From contig CDPCPM010000278.1 of assembly GCA_976551045.1 (NCBI GenBank), forward strand, positions 2,728,001-2,792,000: 64,000 nucleotides of DNA, read 5' to 3'. A program made the position numbers and the translations under genes. Source of the stretch: Glaucostegus cemiculus. Its lineage: Eukaryota. The notes beneath the pieces are model-generated. The model had not been told where the DNA came from, ran no database searches, and saw nothing but the letters and a program-made list of their open reading frames with translations. Shown in pieces: positions 1 to 14,455 of this stretch (position 1 is its first letter; the number at the start of each line of letters is the position of its first letter).

Positions 1-849
1 TTGAAAGGTAACCACCACCTCCTCCTTTATTAATAAAGACATATGGATATTTTTCAAAATTCAGCCTTCTCAACTTGTTCAATCATCCTTAAAAATTTAG
101 ATATACTAAGTCTTTGTTTCTGCATCCTCATTAAAATTTATTTCTATTGCCACTCTTCAGGCCAACATAATGCATCAGTTCACACTTCCCTGCATTAAAC
201 TTTATCATGTGCTTGTACATCTCACTAGTCCCTGTTGAAGTTTGCTACAGCTGTGTCATTTATTACATTTCTCCAGATATTGTGCCTACTAACTTTGAAA
301 TTATGCCTTTCATAACATTTAAATGGATATTTCATGAAATTACAGTATAATTTTAAAAAAATAAATATCCCTATTTTTACTACTTAGTTGTACAACCACA
401 CATTTTAGGTTTATGCAACCCATTAGAAGTTTATTGCACATTGCCTGCATGAGAATCAATGGTACACTTTCAGCATTGAAACTATTCAAGCCTGTCCATT
501 GAAAGTTACTTCCTGATTTCCTAACATAATAAATAATTAGACCCAACTATTATATATTATTTTCCAGGCTGTCATCAATAAGCACTGTCAATGTTTTTAA
601 GCTGTGCACTTCAGAAACTCTAACACAAGAGCAGATCTGCTGTGAAGCTTCATTAGTCTTATCCATTATCCTACAAATGAGATTACAAATCACTAATTTA
701 GTTAAGTATTTGCTGGATGCTGAACTTGCAGCCCTCTGTCTGGACAATAATTACTTCACAAGCTAATCGAGACTAAGCAAACGTTGCATACTTTGCAATA
801 TTGAAACAATTCAATATGGAGGATGTCACCTATGTGCAACTCAGTGACA

Positions 850-1085
850 TTGCACAGGAACCGGTCCTTTGGCCCAATTCATCCATGGCAACCAAGATGC
901 CCATCTAAGCTAGTCCCATTTGTCCGTTTTTGACCCATGTCCCTCTAAACCTTTCCTTTTCAGGTACCTGTCCAAGTGTCTTTTAAATGTTGTTATTGTA
1001 CCTGCCTCAACCACTTCCCCTAGCAGCTCATTCTATACAGGCACCACCACGTGAAAAAGTTGCGCCTCAGGTCCCTGCTAGATCC
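850..1085 (-). mobile_element. CR1-type LINE 3' end fragment
   Basis: Matches the CR1 3' tail repeated throughout the window (compare 32080-32330): CCCATCTAAGCTAGTCCCATTTG...CTCAACCACTTCC. Confidence 0.7.
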
Positions 1086-1959
1086 CCTGTTAATGTAGAA
1101 TGTCCACTGCACTACCACACAGACTTGAAAGTGTGAGGTCCTTGTCCAGTGGCAAAGAGCTCCAAGACAGCTGGAGAACAGGCCGTGGCATGGATATTAA
1201 CATATGCACTAATGCATGTATCTGTTGGCAGGTAAGTACTCTCAGAAACATACTGGTGGGCTGAGGCACAGATGCCCTTGTCTATTGCCTTCTCCTCACA
1301 CATGTACACTTCCCTCTCCACCAGTCCCCCCCTCCTCGGCTTCCAATCTCCTCTCCTTCTGTATGACCCAACCCACTAACCTTCTCTTATCCTCAATTCC
1401 ACTCCTCTATTGCACCCTTCATTCCTTTCCTACAAAAGGTCCCACCCTCCCCCAACTTTCACTCACTGTCCACCCCCACCCGTCCTCCACCCTAAAAATG
1501 CCTTGGCAAAAGCTTAATTATTCACAGCAGTCAAGAGCGCAGGCAAACTTTATTCAGGTGCCCTAGTCTGGCTGAGGGATTTCTCTTTCAGTTGTAGAAT
1601 ACTTGACCAAGGGCCTGTTGTTCAATAGGGGCCCACCTTGACCTCCTTGGAAATTATGTCAAGTCTGCAGCCATCCATTTGATACAGCCCAATGCCGCAA
1701 TGTGCTGTTTCTCCAGTGTTCTGTCACTGGCTTTTTGAATCCTAGTTCAAATCCTAGTAGAAAAATTAATCAGACATGATTGAATGGTGGACCAGACTCA
1801 ATGGGCCAAATGGCCTAATTCTGCTTCTATGTCTTATGGTCTTAGTATTTACACCATGACCAGAGACCAATGGAAACATGCAGCATTAACCTATATATTA
1901 ACGGGATTTTAACAAAGATAGTAATAAATAGGTACTTGTGACCCCAGTTTATTATATAT

Positions 1960-3470
1960 AAGTCTCCATTGAGAGATCAGTCCAGTTTGGATGTAGTTCT
2001 TATCGATTCCACAAGCTGAATATGAAGCATTCACAGACACCTTCAAAAGGGAACTGCTGAGCCAGAAGGTCCATCCCTCCTTGAGATCTCCATCATCATA
2101 GAGACCGATCTTCAGCCAATTTGTTTCATTTTACACAATGTCAACAAATGATTGAGGGCAATGGATATACGAAAGAAGCAGACAAAATCCTAGCTGTAGA
2201 CCTGCACTCAAGAACTGGCTGCACTTCTAGCTAGACAGTTTCAACACAATTATAACACTGGCATCTACCTGACAATGTGGAAAGTTGCCCAGGTTTCTGC
2301 TGTTCAAAAAAGCAGAACAAATCCAATCTGCCTAATTAACACCCAATTAGTCTACTCTCAGTTATTAACAAAGTCATTATAAAAGTGTGTCAACAGTGCT
2401 ATCATGCAGCACTTGCTTACTAATAACCTGCTCACTGAATGCCAAATTGGATTTCACCAGGATCACTGGACTATAGACCTCATCATAGCCTTGCTCTAGA
2501 CATGGACCAAAGAAATACATTTCAGATACGCGGCATGTGTCAGACCTCAACGTCAAGACCACATTTGGCAGAGCAACACAAAGAGCCCTGGTAAACCTGA
2601 TGTCAATGGGCATCGAGGGATAAACACTACAAAGATGGAGTGTACCATGAGGTCAGAAGTAGGCATATTTGCTGATGACCATCCAAGTCCATCTGCATCT
2701 CCTCAGCAAATAAACCAGTCCACACCTGTATATGGCAAGATCTAGAGAACAGATTCAGGCATAGGCAAGTAACATTCTTCCTAAAAAGTCTCAGATATTG
2801 ACCACCTCCAACAAGAGCAAGTCTAACCAACTCCCAGTGGCATTCCCATTGTGGAATCCCCATCACCACGGATGAGAAACAGCCACATAAATACACTGGG
2901 GGGAGAAAGAGCCAGAGGCCAGGTGTCCTGCAGCAAGCGACTCACCTCCTGACACACCAAAGCTCTTCCGCCACCTACAAGTAGTACTATTCAGAGGGTA
3001 ATGAAATACTTTTCATTTGCCTGGACCGGTGTAGTTCCAACAATATTCAACGTGACACTGTTCAGGACAGCGCAGCCTGTTTAATTGGCACAGCATCCAT
3101 CATCCTAAACATTCACTGCCTCCACCACTGTCACTACACCATAGTGTATACCATGAACAAAATGTGCCTCAGTTATTTGTTCAAGCTCCTCCAACATCAC
3201 CAACCCATGACTTCTACCACAATGAAGGATAAGGGCCTCAGGCGCCACCTACCTATTGTTCTCCAAGTTGCACACCATCTTTACTTAGAAATACATCACC
3301 ATTCCTTTGTTGTTGTAAATCCTGGAACTCCTTTTCTAAGGAATGCTGTGGGAGTATCTTCAGAAGGACAACAGCAATTCAAGGCAGTGGCTCACCATCA
3401 CCTAGAGTAGGTCAATAAGTGCTAACCTTGCCAGCAATGCCCTGATCATGCAAGATGAATAAGAAAGAAA
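1960..3470 (+). mobile_element. Decayed CR1/L2-group (Jockey-like) LINE, RT region and 3' end
   Basis: Interrupted translation near 2270-2380 resembles the RT N-terminal motif W-K-x-A-x-V...K-Q-x-K-S-N...P-I-S-L-L-S. 'TTTGCTGATGAC' (FADD) occurs near 2668. Many stops and frameshifts. Confidence 0.6.
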
Positions 3471-3649
3471 AACTTGCCTACCACCAGCTAGGGTATATAT
3501 GGCCCAAACCAAACCCAACTGTATGCAACATTTACAACAATTTCAATCCTGTGGCAACCAAGTCGGTCAAAATTTCAAAATATTAATATTTAGTCATTAA
3601 ACTTGGTTCAATTGCTCAAGTATGGGCAGAAGTTAAAACCAACATTGCA

Positions 3650-6600
3650 CTATGAGTTTTAAACAGCTGTCATATTGGGGGATTGGAGGGGGGCAAGGGG
3701 ACAGAAAAGGATTCAAGTGAGGGGAAAATTCAAAAGGTAAAGAGAAAGAACAATGTAATGGTGTACAGTAAAGATATATGGGCTAAAAACCAGAACTTGG
3801 TAAGTCAGGACAAGATGCACAAAAGAAATTGCTGTAGTAGGAAGTGACAGTATATTGAAAATAAATGCTCTTTAGTTGAATGTACAAGCACTTATGACAA
3901 GATAGCTGAATTCGTGTCACCCTAGAAATGGGTTTAATTTAGCACCCACTACAGAGACATCATTGCAAATAAAGGCAGGGAATTGAATATTCCAAGGAAG
4001 GAAGAGACAAAGAATGGAGAAGAGGGATACTTGGGATGGAGGAATAATAAAAGGTGTTAGGAAAGTAGGATCTTGGCTCAAAAGATGAGGAAGTAAAATC
4101 AACTTAGGTGGAGATAAGCAACAAGGGAAAGAAAAAAAAACACTTTTTCCACCCAGCTCTCTAAACAATAGCATTACTGCCGGACAGTGCAATCAATAAC
4201 AATGCAATAGTTGTGAACAACTTTAATCTTTATTAAGACTGCGGGAAGGTAATCTTCAGGGCACAATCATGGAAAACATTCAAGAGTTTCCAAGAATGTA
4301 TTTTGGAGCCAAGTGGGAACAGGCTACTTAAAAATCTGATGTGTAATTGGACAGGATTAATTTGTAATCTCATAGTAAAGGATCCTCTGGGGATGAATAA
4401 CCATTCCATGATAGAAATCCATACTCTATTTGAAACAGGCAAACTTAAATCAATGAATAGAATCTTAAAGTTAAATAAATTCAACTGCTTAAGTGGTCCA
4501 CTAAAGTAGATTGGGAAATTAGATTATAAAGGTATGTCAGTTGATGTGCAGTATCAGACATTTAAAATCATAATTCACGACAAGATCTATCCAATGAGAA
4601 AGAACTGTTTCACTTTAGATGCAAAGTTGGCCTGCTGAAGGGAAGCAGAGATGGCGGTGGATGGGTGTTTTTCTGTGTGAAATCTGTAACAAGCAGTGTA
4701 CTGCAGGAATCTGTGCTGGGACCATACATGTCCTCTGTATGTTTGCAGAAGATACAAAGACTGGAGTCATAGATAGTGAAGGTGGTTATGCAAGGATACA
4801 GTGAGGCATAGAACACTACAGCACAGAAAACAGGCCATTCGACCCTTCTAGTCTAGGCCAAAACTTTATTCCGCTAGTCCCATTGACCTGCACCCAGTCT
4901 GTAACCCTCCAGACCTCTCCCATCCATGTATCTATCCAATTTATTCTCAAAACTTAAGAGTGAGCCCGCATTTACCATGTCAGAGGGCAGCCTGCTCCAC
5001 ACTCCCACCACTTTGAGTGAAGAACTTTCCCCTAAACCTTTCCCCTTTCACCCTAAAGCCATGTCCTCTTGTACTTATCTCTCCTAATCTAGGTGGAAAG
5101 CATTTACTCTGTCTATACCCCTTATAATTTTGTAAACATCCATCAAACCTCCTCTCATTCTTCTATGCTCCAAAGAATAAGGTCCTAACCTGTTCAGTCT
5201 TTGGAAAATTGGGCAAAGTGGTGGGTGATGTAACATAATACAGAAAAATGTGTGGTAATGCATTTTGGGAGGTCAAATTCTGATAGCACATATAGAATAA
5301 AAGGCAGGGGCCTTGGGACTGTTGATGTACAAAGAGCCTTGGGGTGCAAACCCTTAGCTCTCTGAAAGTGGTGACACAGGTGGATAAGATAGTGAAGACA
5401 GCATTTGGTATGCCTGCCTCCATTGGCAGAGGCATTAAGTGCAAGAGTTGAGATGTCATGTTGCAGTTGTACAAAATGTTGGTTAGTCTGCAGATGGAGT
5501 ATTATTGTGTAAAGTTCTGGTCACCACACTACAGGAAATATGTGGTACGAACAGAGAAAGTGCAGAAGAGATTTACCAGGACGTTGTCTGGAATGCAAGG
5601 CTGTAGTTATAAGCAGAGATTGGAAAGGTTGGGTTTATTCTCACTGGAACGTAGCAACCTGTGGGATGATCTCATAAATGTTAATAAAATTACGAGAGGC
5701 ATAAGAAGGATGAAGTGAGAATCTTTTTCCCTAGGGCAGGGAAGTCTAGAACTAAAGGACAGGATTAAGGTGAAAAGACGGAAAGTTAAAGGTGATTTGA
5801 CAGGCATGTTTTTCCACACACTGGGTGGTGGTGGAAGCAGATGCAATGACAACATTTAAAAAGGCATTTGGAGAGGTATCTGGATAGGAAAGGTGTAGAG
5901 GGAAGCGTATTAAGTTGAATAAAAAAAGGGCTTAAAAGTTGCAAAGCATTACACTAGTCTTGATAATTGGGAAAATTTTGGAAACCAGCAAATATACAAG
6001 ATCATTGAAAGAGTTTCTTCAAGAATATAAAAATTGGTTCTTTAGAAGTTGAGATAGGGGAATTAACAATGAGGAAAATGAAAGTAACAGATGCAAACAA
6101 TTTTTATGTATTTTTCTTCATACCAGAAATTATTAAAGAATACCCCAAACATTGCAAGGCAAAGTGATGAAGAACTTAAAGTAACTGATGAGTTTGGAGA
6201 AAATTTGTAAGCAACCCATTGGGAATAGCAGAAGGGAAGTGTTTATGCACTCTGAATTTTTGCAAGCAAGGGATCAGTAAGGCAAGAAGAAAGATATAGC
6301 TTTATACTTAAAGAGTTGAATAAGTTAAATTAATTAAACAAGATTAAGATAGGCACGGCAGGACAAATGAAGAGATGGAACTGCAGCAGAAATACAAGGA
6401 AGCTCATGCAAATCATTGAGATCTATGGCTTGTGTTTACAAGCCAAGGAGCTTTGGCTCAGACTTGATGAGCAGCAAATAACATATTAGAAACTAATGAG
6501 TAGGCAAAATCAACATTGTTTTATAAAAAGGAAATAGGTTCAGCATTTTTATTAGCAAGTTTGAGGATATAACAAGTGGAATTGATAAAAGGAAACTAGT

Positions 6601-7630
6601 AGATGTGGTATACTTGGATTTCCACAAAGCATCAATAAAACATTTGAGAAAGTTACTGCACACACATTGAGGGCAATAGCATGAACAGAGGATTGATTAA
6701 TTGACAAAAAAATTCAGAGGTTGGAAATCTGTACAAGGGAACCAACTCTGACTTAATGACTTTGATAAAGGAAATGATTGTGAACCATTCCTGTTTGCTG
6801 GTGATATGTAGGTGGTAGAATAAGTAATTTCTGAGGACACAAACCCATTATTGATAGCCAAGTGAGTGGACAAAAATATGGCAGGAAGAAGAGGTACAAT
6901 ATGAAGAAATCTGGTTATCCATATTGATAGGAAGGATCGAAAAACAGATTACTTAAATTATGCAAAACTATTAAACATTGTTTAGAAAGATCAAAGTATA
7001 TCAGAGTATCCTCTTACAAAAACTTAAGGTTTGCATGCTGGAAGAGCAGGCAGTTAGAAAGGCAAATGGAATGGTAGTCTTTATGGCGAGGGATAGAGTA
7101 CAAGAATAAGTAAGTCTTTCTAAAAACGTACTTGGGTTCTATTTGACTGGAAGGCATGCAGAAAAGGCTCACAGGATTGATCAAGTTGAGGGGATTGTCT
7201 CAAGAGGAAAGATTAAGCAGAATAGACTTATAATCTATGAAGTTTAGAAAAGTAAAAGGTGATTTCATTGAAGCAAGTAAGAGTTAGGGGGGCTTGCCTG
7301 TGCATATGCTCACCAGGATATTTACCCTGGTGGTGGCAAGTCTAAAATTGTTTAGTCTTAAGATAGGGAGTTTCCTATTTATGACTGAAATGCAAAGGAG
7401 TCCTTTCTCTGTGAGATTTGTGAATCTCTGGAATTCTCCACCCCAGAGAGCTATGGATGGGATTTACTGTGCACATTCAAGGCAGAGATGGATAGATTTT
7501 TGAACCATAGGGGAATCAAGAGGTTACGGGCAGGAGGTGGAATTGAAACCAATGCAATTGAAACCAATTGAAAGGTTGCAATGCAATGGTTGATCTGATC
7601 AAGAGGCTGTACAAACTATTCCTGCTTCTG
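3650..7630 (+). mobile_element. Cluster of decayed CR1 LINE fragments (endonuclease and RT/3' parts), with an opposite-strand CR1 3' end inserted at about 4807-5200
   Basis: ORF 5458-5718 has the CR1 C-terminal signature (EYYCVKFWSPHYRK...EKVQKRFTR). ORF 4303-4509 is endonuclease-like. 4807-5200 is a reverse-oriented CR1 tail splitting the RT sequence. Confidence 0.75.
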
Positions 7631-7804
7631 TTCCCATTTTTCAAAACATTAGAATTTTAAACAGAACAATTTCATATCAGTCACAAATATGTCTCTCAGT
7701 GCTAAATACTCTAACATAATGCACTTCTCACAGCATTGGTTACAATTAACTTGCAAACATAGAAAGAGCCAAAGTAACATTTGTTGCATGAAATAAACCA
7801 CTTA

Positions 7805-8086
<282 letters not shown>

Positions 8087-8719
8087 TCAAGTCCCAAGAA
8101 CAATTACAGCCTGATATTAAGGGCAGCCCAAGAGCCAATTTCTCAGAACTTAAAACTGAAGTGTGAACTAGATGATTTCAGAAATAAACCCAAATGTCTC
8201 ATTTTATAGTACTAGAATAGATGATTCTGTGGTCCTCCTGGCTGCATCAAAACACTGATCACAAACAATGTTACTCAGAAACCTGGCACATGAACTTTAT
8301 ACAGAGAAGTGGAAATTAATCACTGGATGACTTTTCATTGTTTGAAGATATCCAAACATCATTGATAGATTCCTAAAATAAAGCTGACTATTCAAATCTC
8401 AGTTGTATGTAACATATCTTCACATTGACAAATCAGAAGTATTCAGAGGAGAAAAATTTGGACAGGTTGAGAGATAGGAGAAAGCTCATGGTATGGTCCA
8501 TAAAGAGGTTAAGTACGAGGTCAGCACATCATAAACCTTGCTTCATTTTAAAATCTTGCTCCAGACAAACAAGAATCGTAACCAGGTTATTACATCACTT
8601 ATGTATTGTGTGCACTGCTCTCTTTCAAATTAAATTTTAAACAAAGACACTATATATTCCCTCAAGCCAAAGATTATCCCCCATTACCATTTGGAGGAAT
8701 GCAAATGAGGTATCCATAT

Positions 8720-9460
8720 GGGCCTCTTTAATCAAGTAAAATGTTTTCTAGACTAATACCAGGAATAGGCGGGTTATTTTAAGAGGAAAAGTTAGGCAGG
8801 CTAGGCTCATATCTGGTGGAATTTAGAAGAGCAAGAGTTGAAGAGCAAGAGGACAGCACGGTAGCGTAGTGGCTAGCGCAATTGCTTTACAGTGCCAGCG
8901 ACCCAGGTTCAAATCCGGCCACTGCCTTTAAGGAGTTTGTACATTCTTCCCGTGTCTGTGTGGGTTTCCTCCGGGTGCTCCGGTTTCCTCCCACTTTCCA
9001 AAGACGTACAGGTTAGGAAGTTATGGGTATGCTATGTTGGCACTGGAAGCATGGCAACACTTGCAGGCTGCCCCCCAAAAATCACTACACAAAAGATGTA
9101 TTTCACTGTGTGTTTGGATGTACATGTGACTAATAAAGATCTTATCTTGATTGAAACATACAAGATCCTGAGGGATCTTAAAGTGGGAGATGTGGAAAGA
9201 ATCAAGGTTATGTTTAAAGTAAGGGGTTGCCAGTTAAGACAGAGACAAGGTAAAGTTTCTTCTCTCAGAGGGTTTTTGGAAGTAGTTGTAACTCTATCCC
9301 TCAAAGAGCAGTCGAAGGAGAGTCTCTTGATAAGGGGTGAAAGATTACCCCAGGTAGAAAAGAATGCAATATTGAGGTTACAATCAGACCAGCCATAATA
9401 CTAAATGGCAGAGCCAACTCAAGGGCCAAGTGGCCTGTTCCTGCTCCTAATTCTTATGTT
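8720..9460 (+). mobile_element. CR1 LINE 3' fragment interrupted by a SINE
   Basis: CR1 text GGAATTTAGAAGAG... resumes after the SINE as TTGATTGAAACATACAAGATCCTGAGG and ends in the typical tail GGCCAAGTGGCCTGTTCCTGCTCCTAATTCTTATG. Confidence 0.7.
8852..9147 (+). mobile_element. tRNA-derived V-SINE, full length
   Basis: Pol III A-box-like TAGCGTAGTGG, B box GGTTCAAATCC (8906-8916), V-domain GTGGGTTTCCTCCGGGTGCTCCGGTTTCCTCCCAC, tail ...CATGTGACTAATAAAG. Several near-identical copies in the window. Confidence 0.88.
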
Positions 9461-9519
9461 AATATGCATGCTTATAATGCACTTCACACAAGTGTTAACA
9501 ATTAAAAATTGATACAAAG

Positions 9520-12480
9520 CCACAAAGGGAGTGGTTGGGAAGGAAACAAAAGCCTGATCTGTATGCAAATTTACCATTACGCATCTCTGTTATAGTGTGG
9601 ACTATACTTCCCAGTACTTCACTGGCAAGGCATGAACAGCCAGGAGGACATAGGGAAGGCCAAGTCCAATGGGGTCCTTTTGAAAGAAATGCTTGGAACA
9701 GTTTTGTCATAATCATCAGAGTCAAGCACCAGACCTCTTGGCACCACCTCAATCCAGATTGTCACTTGTTACATTATAAATTGTCTGAGCAAGGGACCAC
9801 AAGGATGTCTGCACTACCCATGCCACGACGTACCAAAGACTGTAGCCTAATTCACTCCAATCCCAAAACAACATCAGAGATGTTGCTGCAGAAAATAAGT
9901 TCAAGGACCCCACAAAGCCAGCTCTTCTTAGACAGAATCAACAGATTATCTGTGAGGTGCTAAACCAATAGGAGTGTTCACAAATGAACTGCTTTGAGGT
10001 TCAGCCCAACTGGACTGGACATAGTAGATGTGGCTAAGCTGTTTCCCTTGGTGGGTGAGTCCAGGACTAGAGAGCACAGTCTTAGAATTAGAGGGTACCT
10101 GTTTAGAACAGAAATGAGGAGGAATTTCTTTAGATAGAGGGTAGTGAATTTACGGAATTCTTTGCCACATACAGCTGTGGAGGCCAAGTCATTGGGGGGC
10201 ATTTAAGGAGGTGATGGATAGGTATCTAATTAGTCAAGGTATCAAGGGATATGGGGAAAAGGCTGGAAATTGGGGCTAGATAGGAATAGTTTAGTTTAGC
10301 TCATGGAGCAGACTCGATGGGCTGAATGGCCCACTTCTGCTCCTCTGTCTTGTGACCTTGCAAATTGTGAAGGGACTCCTTTACCAAGGTTAATGAAAAT
10401 GAGCAAGAAACAGGAGCTAAGTAAAAGCCTCTCCTGGAAAAGAAACAACTCTACAAAACCGGAAGGTCAAGGTCCTGTTGAAAACCAGTGCTCTAACGAA
10501 CAAATGGCATGGGAAAGTTTAGAGGCCCAAAAACTCATTAATAGCCTGTCAAGGCCATCTATGATCCAAACATGCAAGCGCTCATTCCACTGGGAGCCAA
10601 GAATGGAAGTGAACTTAAAGGATAGATGTGCCTGTGGTGCTGCTGTAAATAAGTTTTTCACTGCACCTGTGCATACATGTACTTGTGCATACAACAATAA
10701 ACTCTACTTTGACAGTCAACCATCAGCAAAAGGAACTGTTTGAAGATCTCAACTACACCCTGAAGTGAGCACTCTCTCGACCCACCTTACCTCTATGCCT
10801 TTTGACAAGAAGTCAAAAGGACAACAAAAAAGAAACAAGGTCTCAGGAACAGACGGTATTGCTGGTGAAGCTCTAAAACTCAGCAGTAAAGACCTTTAGT
10901 CATAAAGCCACAACCTTATCATTCACATCTGGGAACAATTGGAGATGCTAGAGAACCTCAGAAATGCTGTAATCATGACCATCTTCGAGGAAGGAGACAA
11001 ATCTATCTGCAATAACTACAGAAGGATTTCCCTACTGTCCACCACAGACATTGCCAGGATACTTAACCATGTCCTATCAGTAGCCAAAAAACTGCTTCCC
11101 AAGTGTGGAAGATCACATCCACTGTTCCCATCTAGAGACACAGTGGATGTGGTCTTCACTGTGTGAAAACTTCCAGAGGAATGCAGGAAGCAGCACCAGC
11201 CAGCATAGCTAGCCGTTCTCAACCTCTCTAAGGCCTTTGACTCTCTAAAATCCAGCTACCACCAATTTATGTTTCCTTCATGACAGCATGCAAGTCGTGA
11301 TCCTAACCAATAGGTGCACGACACAGCTAATCTCATTGAATATAGGTTTCCAAGCAAGGTTGCGTGAGGGGATGCTGCTGGGCTTGTGTGCTCTGATGCA
11401 TGGATTTCAGGTTGTAACTACATTCCTAAAAGCTTTCTCTTAATCTTTCTTACTGTAGTGCTGCACCTAACCTCCAACTGACTTCCTGGTGGAGTTGAGC
11501 TAATGGAAAACTATTCAAACTATGTTGCCTTTACTCCAATACCAGGGTCACCCTGACCTCAGCAGTTGAGTTGCAGTGTGTGCAGCCAATGCTCATATTT
11601 GCATGTGTTTGAAAACTGAGCTTCAAATCATAGTTAACTCATTCACTGAAGCACATGAAAGGTTGGATCTTACAACTCAACATCTACAAAACAAAAGGTA
11701 GTCTACCAACCTGACCCCACTGTACAACACTGCCCTCCAACAATAAAAGCTCATGGAGGAACCCTGGAAAATATGTACCACTTCCCATATCTCAGAAGCT
11801 ACCTTTGGACTGATGAAGTTTACAACCATATTTAGTGCACCAGCATAGCACTTAGATGACCAAGGAAAAGCATGTTCAACATTTCAAACAGAGCATAAAA
11901 CTTATGGTCAACTAGGCAGCAATAACTCCTGCCCTTCTATACACTTGAGACATGAGACTATAATATATATAAGGCACCTTATAAAAATACCAAAACACCA
12001 TCTCCACAAAATCCTCTAATCTCATGGAAAATGCAGGCAAACCTATGTCAAGGTCCTCTCCAACGCTCTCTATTGAGGCCCTAGGTACATTCAGTCAGCT
12101 CTACAAGGCTTTCCATGTTGTTTGCAAGCTGAACATGGGACACCTTTTTGTTTAACAAGTTACGTCGTGGGAAGAAGTTGTCAGGTGGACGGAGAAAAAG
12201 AAATTAAGGATGTTTGCAAAGCCTCCTTGAGGAAATGCAATATCCCCAGCACTCCAAATGGAAAAAGAGCTTTTAGGATGGTATTGAGGACCTCAAATCC
12301 ATGCATCGGAACACACAAGCCCAGCAATATCACCTCTCTACCTGCCCACCCACCCATCGGGTAACTCCCGTGTTATTTGGGAGAGAGTCTGTGGTTCCCC
12401 CATTAGGATCATCAGTCATTTCAGAACCAGAGGGGAAACAAGTCACCCTCAATCCTGAGAGACTTTCTCAGAACTTCATT
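9520..12480 (+). mobile_element. Decayed RTE-clade LINE (endonuclease end, RT, 3' end), split by a CR1 3' insertion at about 9995-10355
   Basis: ORF 9535-9963 QTSWHHLNPDCHLLHY resembles the RTE endonuclease end. ORF 10939-11166 NAVIMTIFEEGDKSICNNYRRISLLS is the RT N-terminal motif. CAAGGTTGCGT (QGC) occurs near 11355. Confidence 0.75.
9995..10355 (+). mobile_element. CR1 LINE 3' end
   Basis: GTTTCCCTTGGTGGGTGAGTCCAGGACTAGAG...GGGCTGAATGGCCCACTTCTGCTCCT, the CR1 3' terminus. Confidence 0.8.
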
Positions 12481-13907
12481 TTCCTGAAGCATTTAATCAT
12501 AAGGATATGAAAGGCATGATATATATGCAAGGTTATATCCCCCTTTCTATTTTGGTCTTGTTTGACTTTAGATCCAGCTGAGACCAAGGAGATACATGTC
12601 TCTCTCTCTCTCTGCTGGCTACAAGGTTTACATACAAGTTTAGGACCATTCCAATCTTAAGCACCAAAAGGAAATGGAACACTGATTGAAGATGTCAGAG
12701 TTCCCTTAAAGTTAAATGCTGTGGGAATGCAGCAGCACCACTCACAGTGGGGTTGCTCTTCAAACATTTCCCAGTGCTCTCATTCTTTGTCACCATGATT
12801 GAGTGGGGAACATATGCATTTACTATTCTTTGTTGGGCTACAGCCGAGCTCACTCATTTAACTGAGCAACTGACAAACAGATGTTTTATGAAGGAGCAAC
12901 AAGTGTTCTCAAATCCTCACTGCCTTACTACCCCTCACAGCCTCTTTGCCAAGTGGGCATTCACTGATGGGAATGTAGGTGTGCTGTGAAAGTTCTTGAT
13001 AACCATGATTCCAACAACACTTGGGGAAGCTCAACATCATCCAGATGAAAGTAGTTCAGTTAACTGGCACCATCTTTGACAGTCACTCCCTCCATTGCAC
13101 CACCCGAGGCTACACTACAGATTGATAACAAAATCCCAGCAACTCAACAGGGTTTCTTCAACACCTCCCAAATCCACAACCTCTACCACCTAGTGGCACA
13201 AAGGCAGCAGGCATACAGGAACAGCACCACCTGCAGTTCCCAGATTGCCCTGTCCTGATAAGTTATCCAGGTTTCTTCATTGTTTCAGAGTCAAAATCCT
13301 GGAACTCTTCTCTCCAACAGCACTGAGAAAATATTCACTCATCAGGCAGTCCAGGAAGGCAGCTCACTACCACCTTCAAGTGTACTTAGAGATGAGTTGT
13401 TAGAGAAATGCTGGGCTTAATACCCATGTCCTATCCATGTTTTCTTCTCCAAACTTCTCCTCTTTTTCTTCCTTTAAGATGTTTCTTAAAAGCTATCATT
13501 TTTGACCTAACATCTGGCCATTTTAGCACTTAAGATATTAGAGCAAAGTCAGTTTTAGTGTGATTAAGCTCCTGTAAAAACAGTTAAAAATGCCACATAA
13601 CTTCAAGTTGCTGTTGATGAATCAACATTGTTAGGGTAAATAATCCCTCTCCCCTAACCACCTGTGTACATGCTACTTTTGGTTATAATTTTTAGTGGCA
13701 AATTATAATTCACTCCCTCATACCTGAAAAGGATTACTTTAGCTGACCTTATTGACAGATTGGCAAAATAATCTGTGTAAGCATTCCAGACTGAAAAGCG
13801 TTTGGCACTAGAGCAAGGTTCAATTTTAGCTTCCCCCAGTTATCGCCAGAGCCTTCAAGGGCAACAAAACTGTTTTTATGCAGGGTTCAATGTCAGTTTC
13901 TGGCTCA

Positions 13908-14138
<231 letters not shown>

Positions 14139-14155
14139 TCACAACCAGATAATTT

Positions 14156-14455
14156 GGCACGGTAGTGTAGCAGCTAGTGTAACACTATTACAGTGGCAAC
14201 AACCCGGGTTCAATTCCACCGCTGTAAGGAGTTTGTACATTCTCCCCATGTCTGCATGGGTTTCCTCCAGGTGCTCCGGTTTCCTCCCACATTCCAAAAG
14301 ATGTACGGGTTAGGAAGTTGTGGGCATGCTATGTTGGCACCAGAAGTGTGGCGACACCTACAGGCTGCCCCAGTACATTCCCACACTGTGTTGGTTGTTA
14401 ACACAAAAAGACGCATTTCACTGTGTGTTTCAATGTACATGTGACTAATAAATAA
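14156..14455 (+). mobile_element. V-SINE (same family as 8852-9147) in PTPN11 intron 2, antisense to the gene
   Basis: GGCACGGTAGTGTAG head, GGTTCAATTCC B box, V-domain, ...ACATGTGACTAATAAA tail. Confidence 0.88.

Noticed and set aside
8852-8925. tRNA gene
   Set aside because: A and B boxes are present but belong to the SINE head; there is no complete cloverleaf and the sequence continues into the V-domain.
8892-9398. 168-aa ORF and similar ORFs at 14193, 20905, 34439 and 38195 as a gene family
   Set aside because: They are translations of the V-SINE and adjacent CR1, not host proteins.
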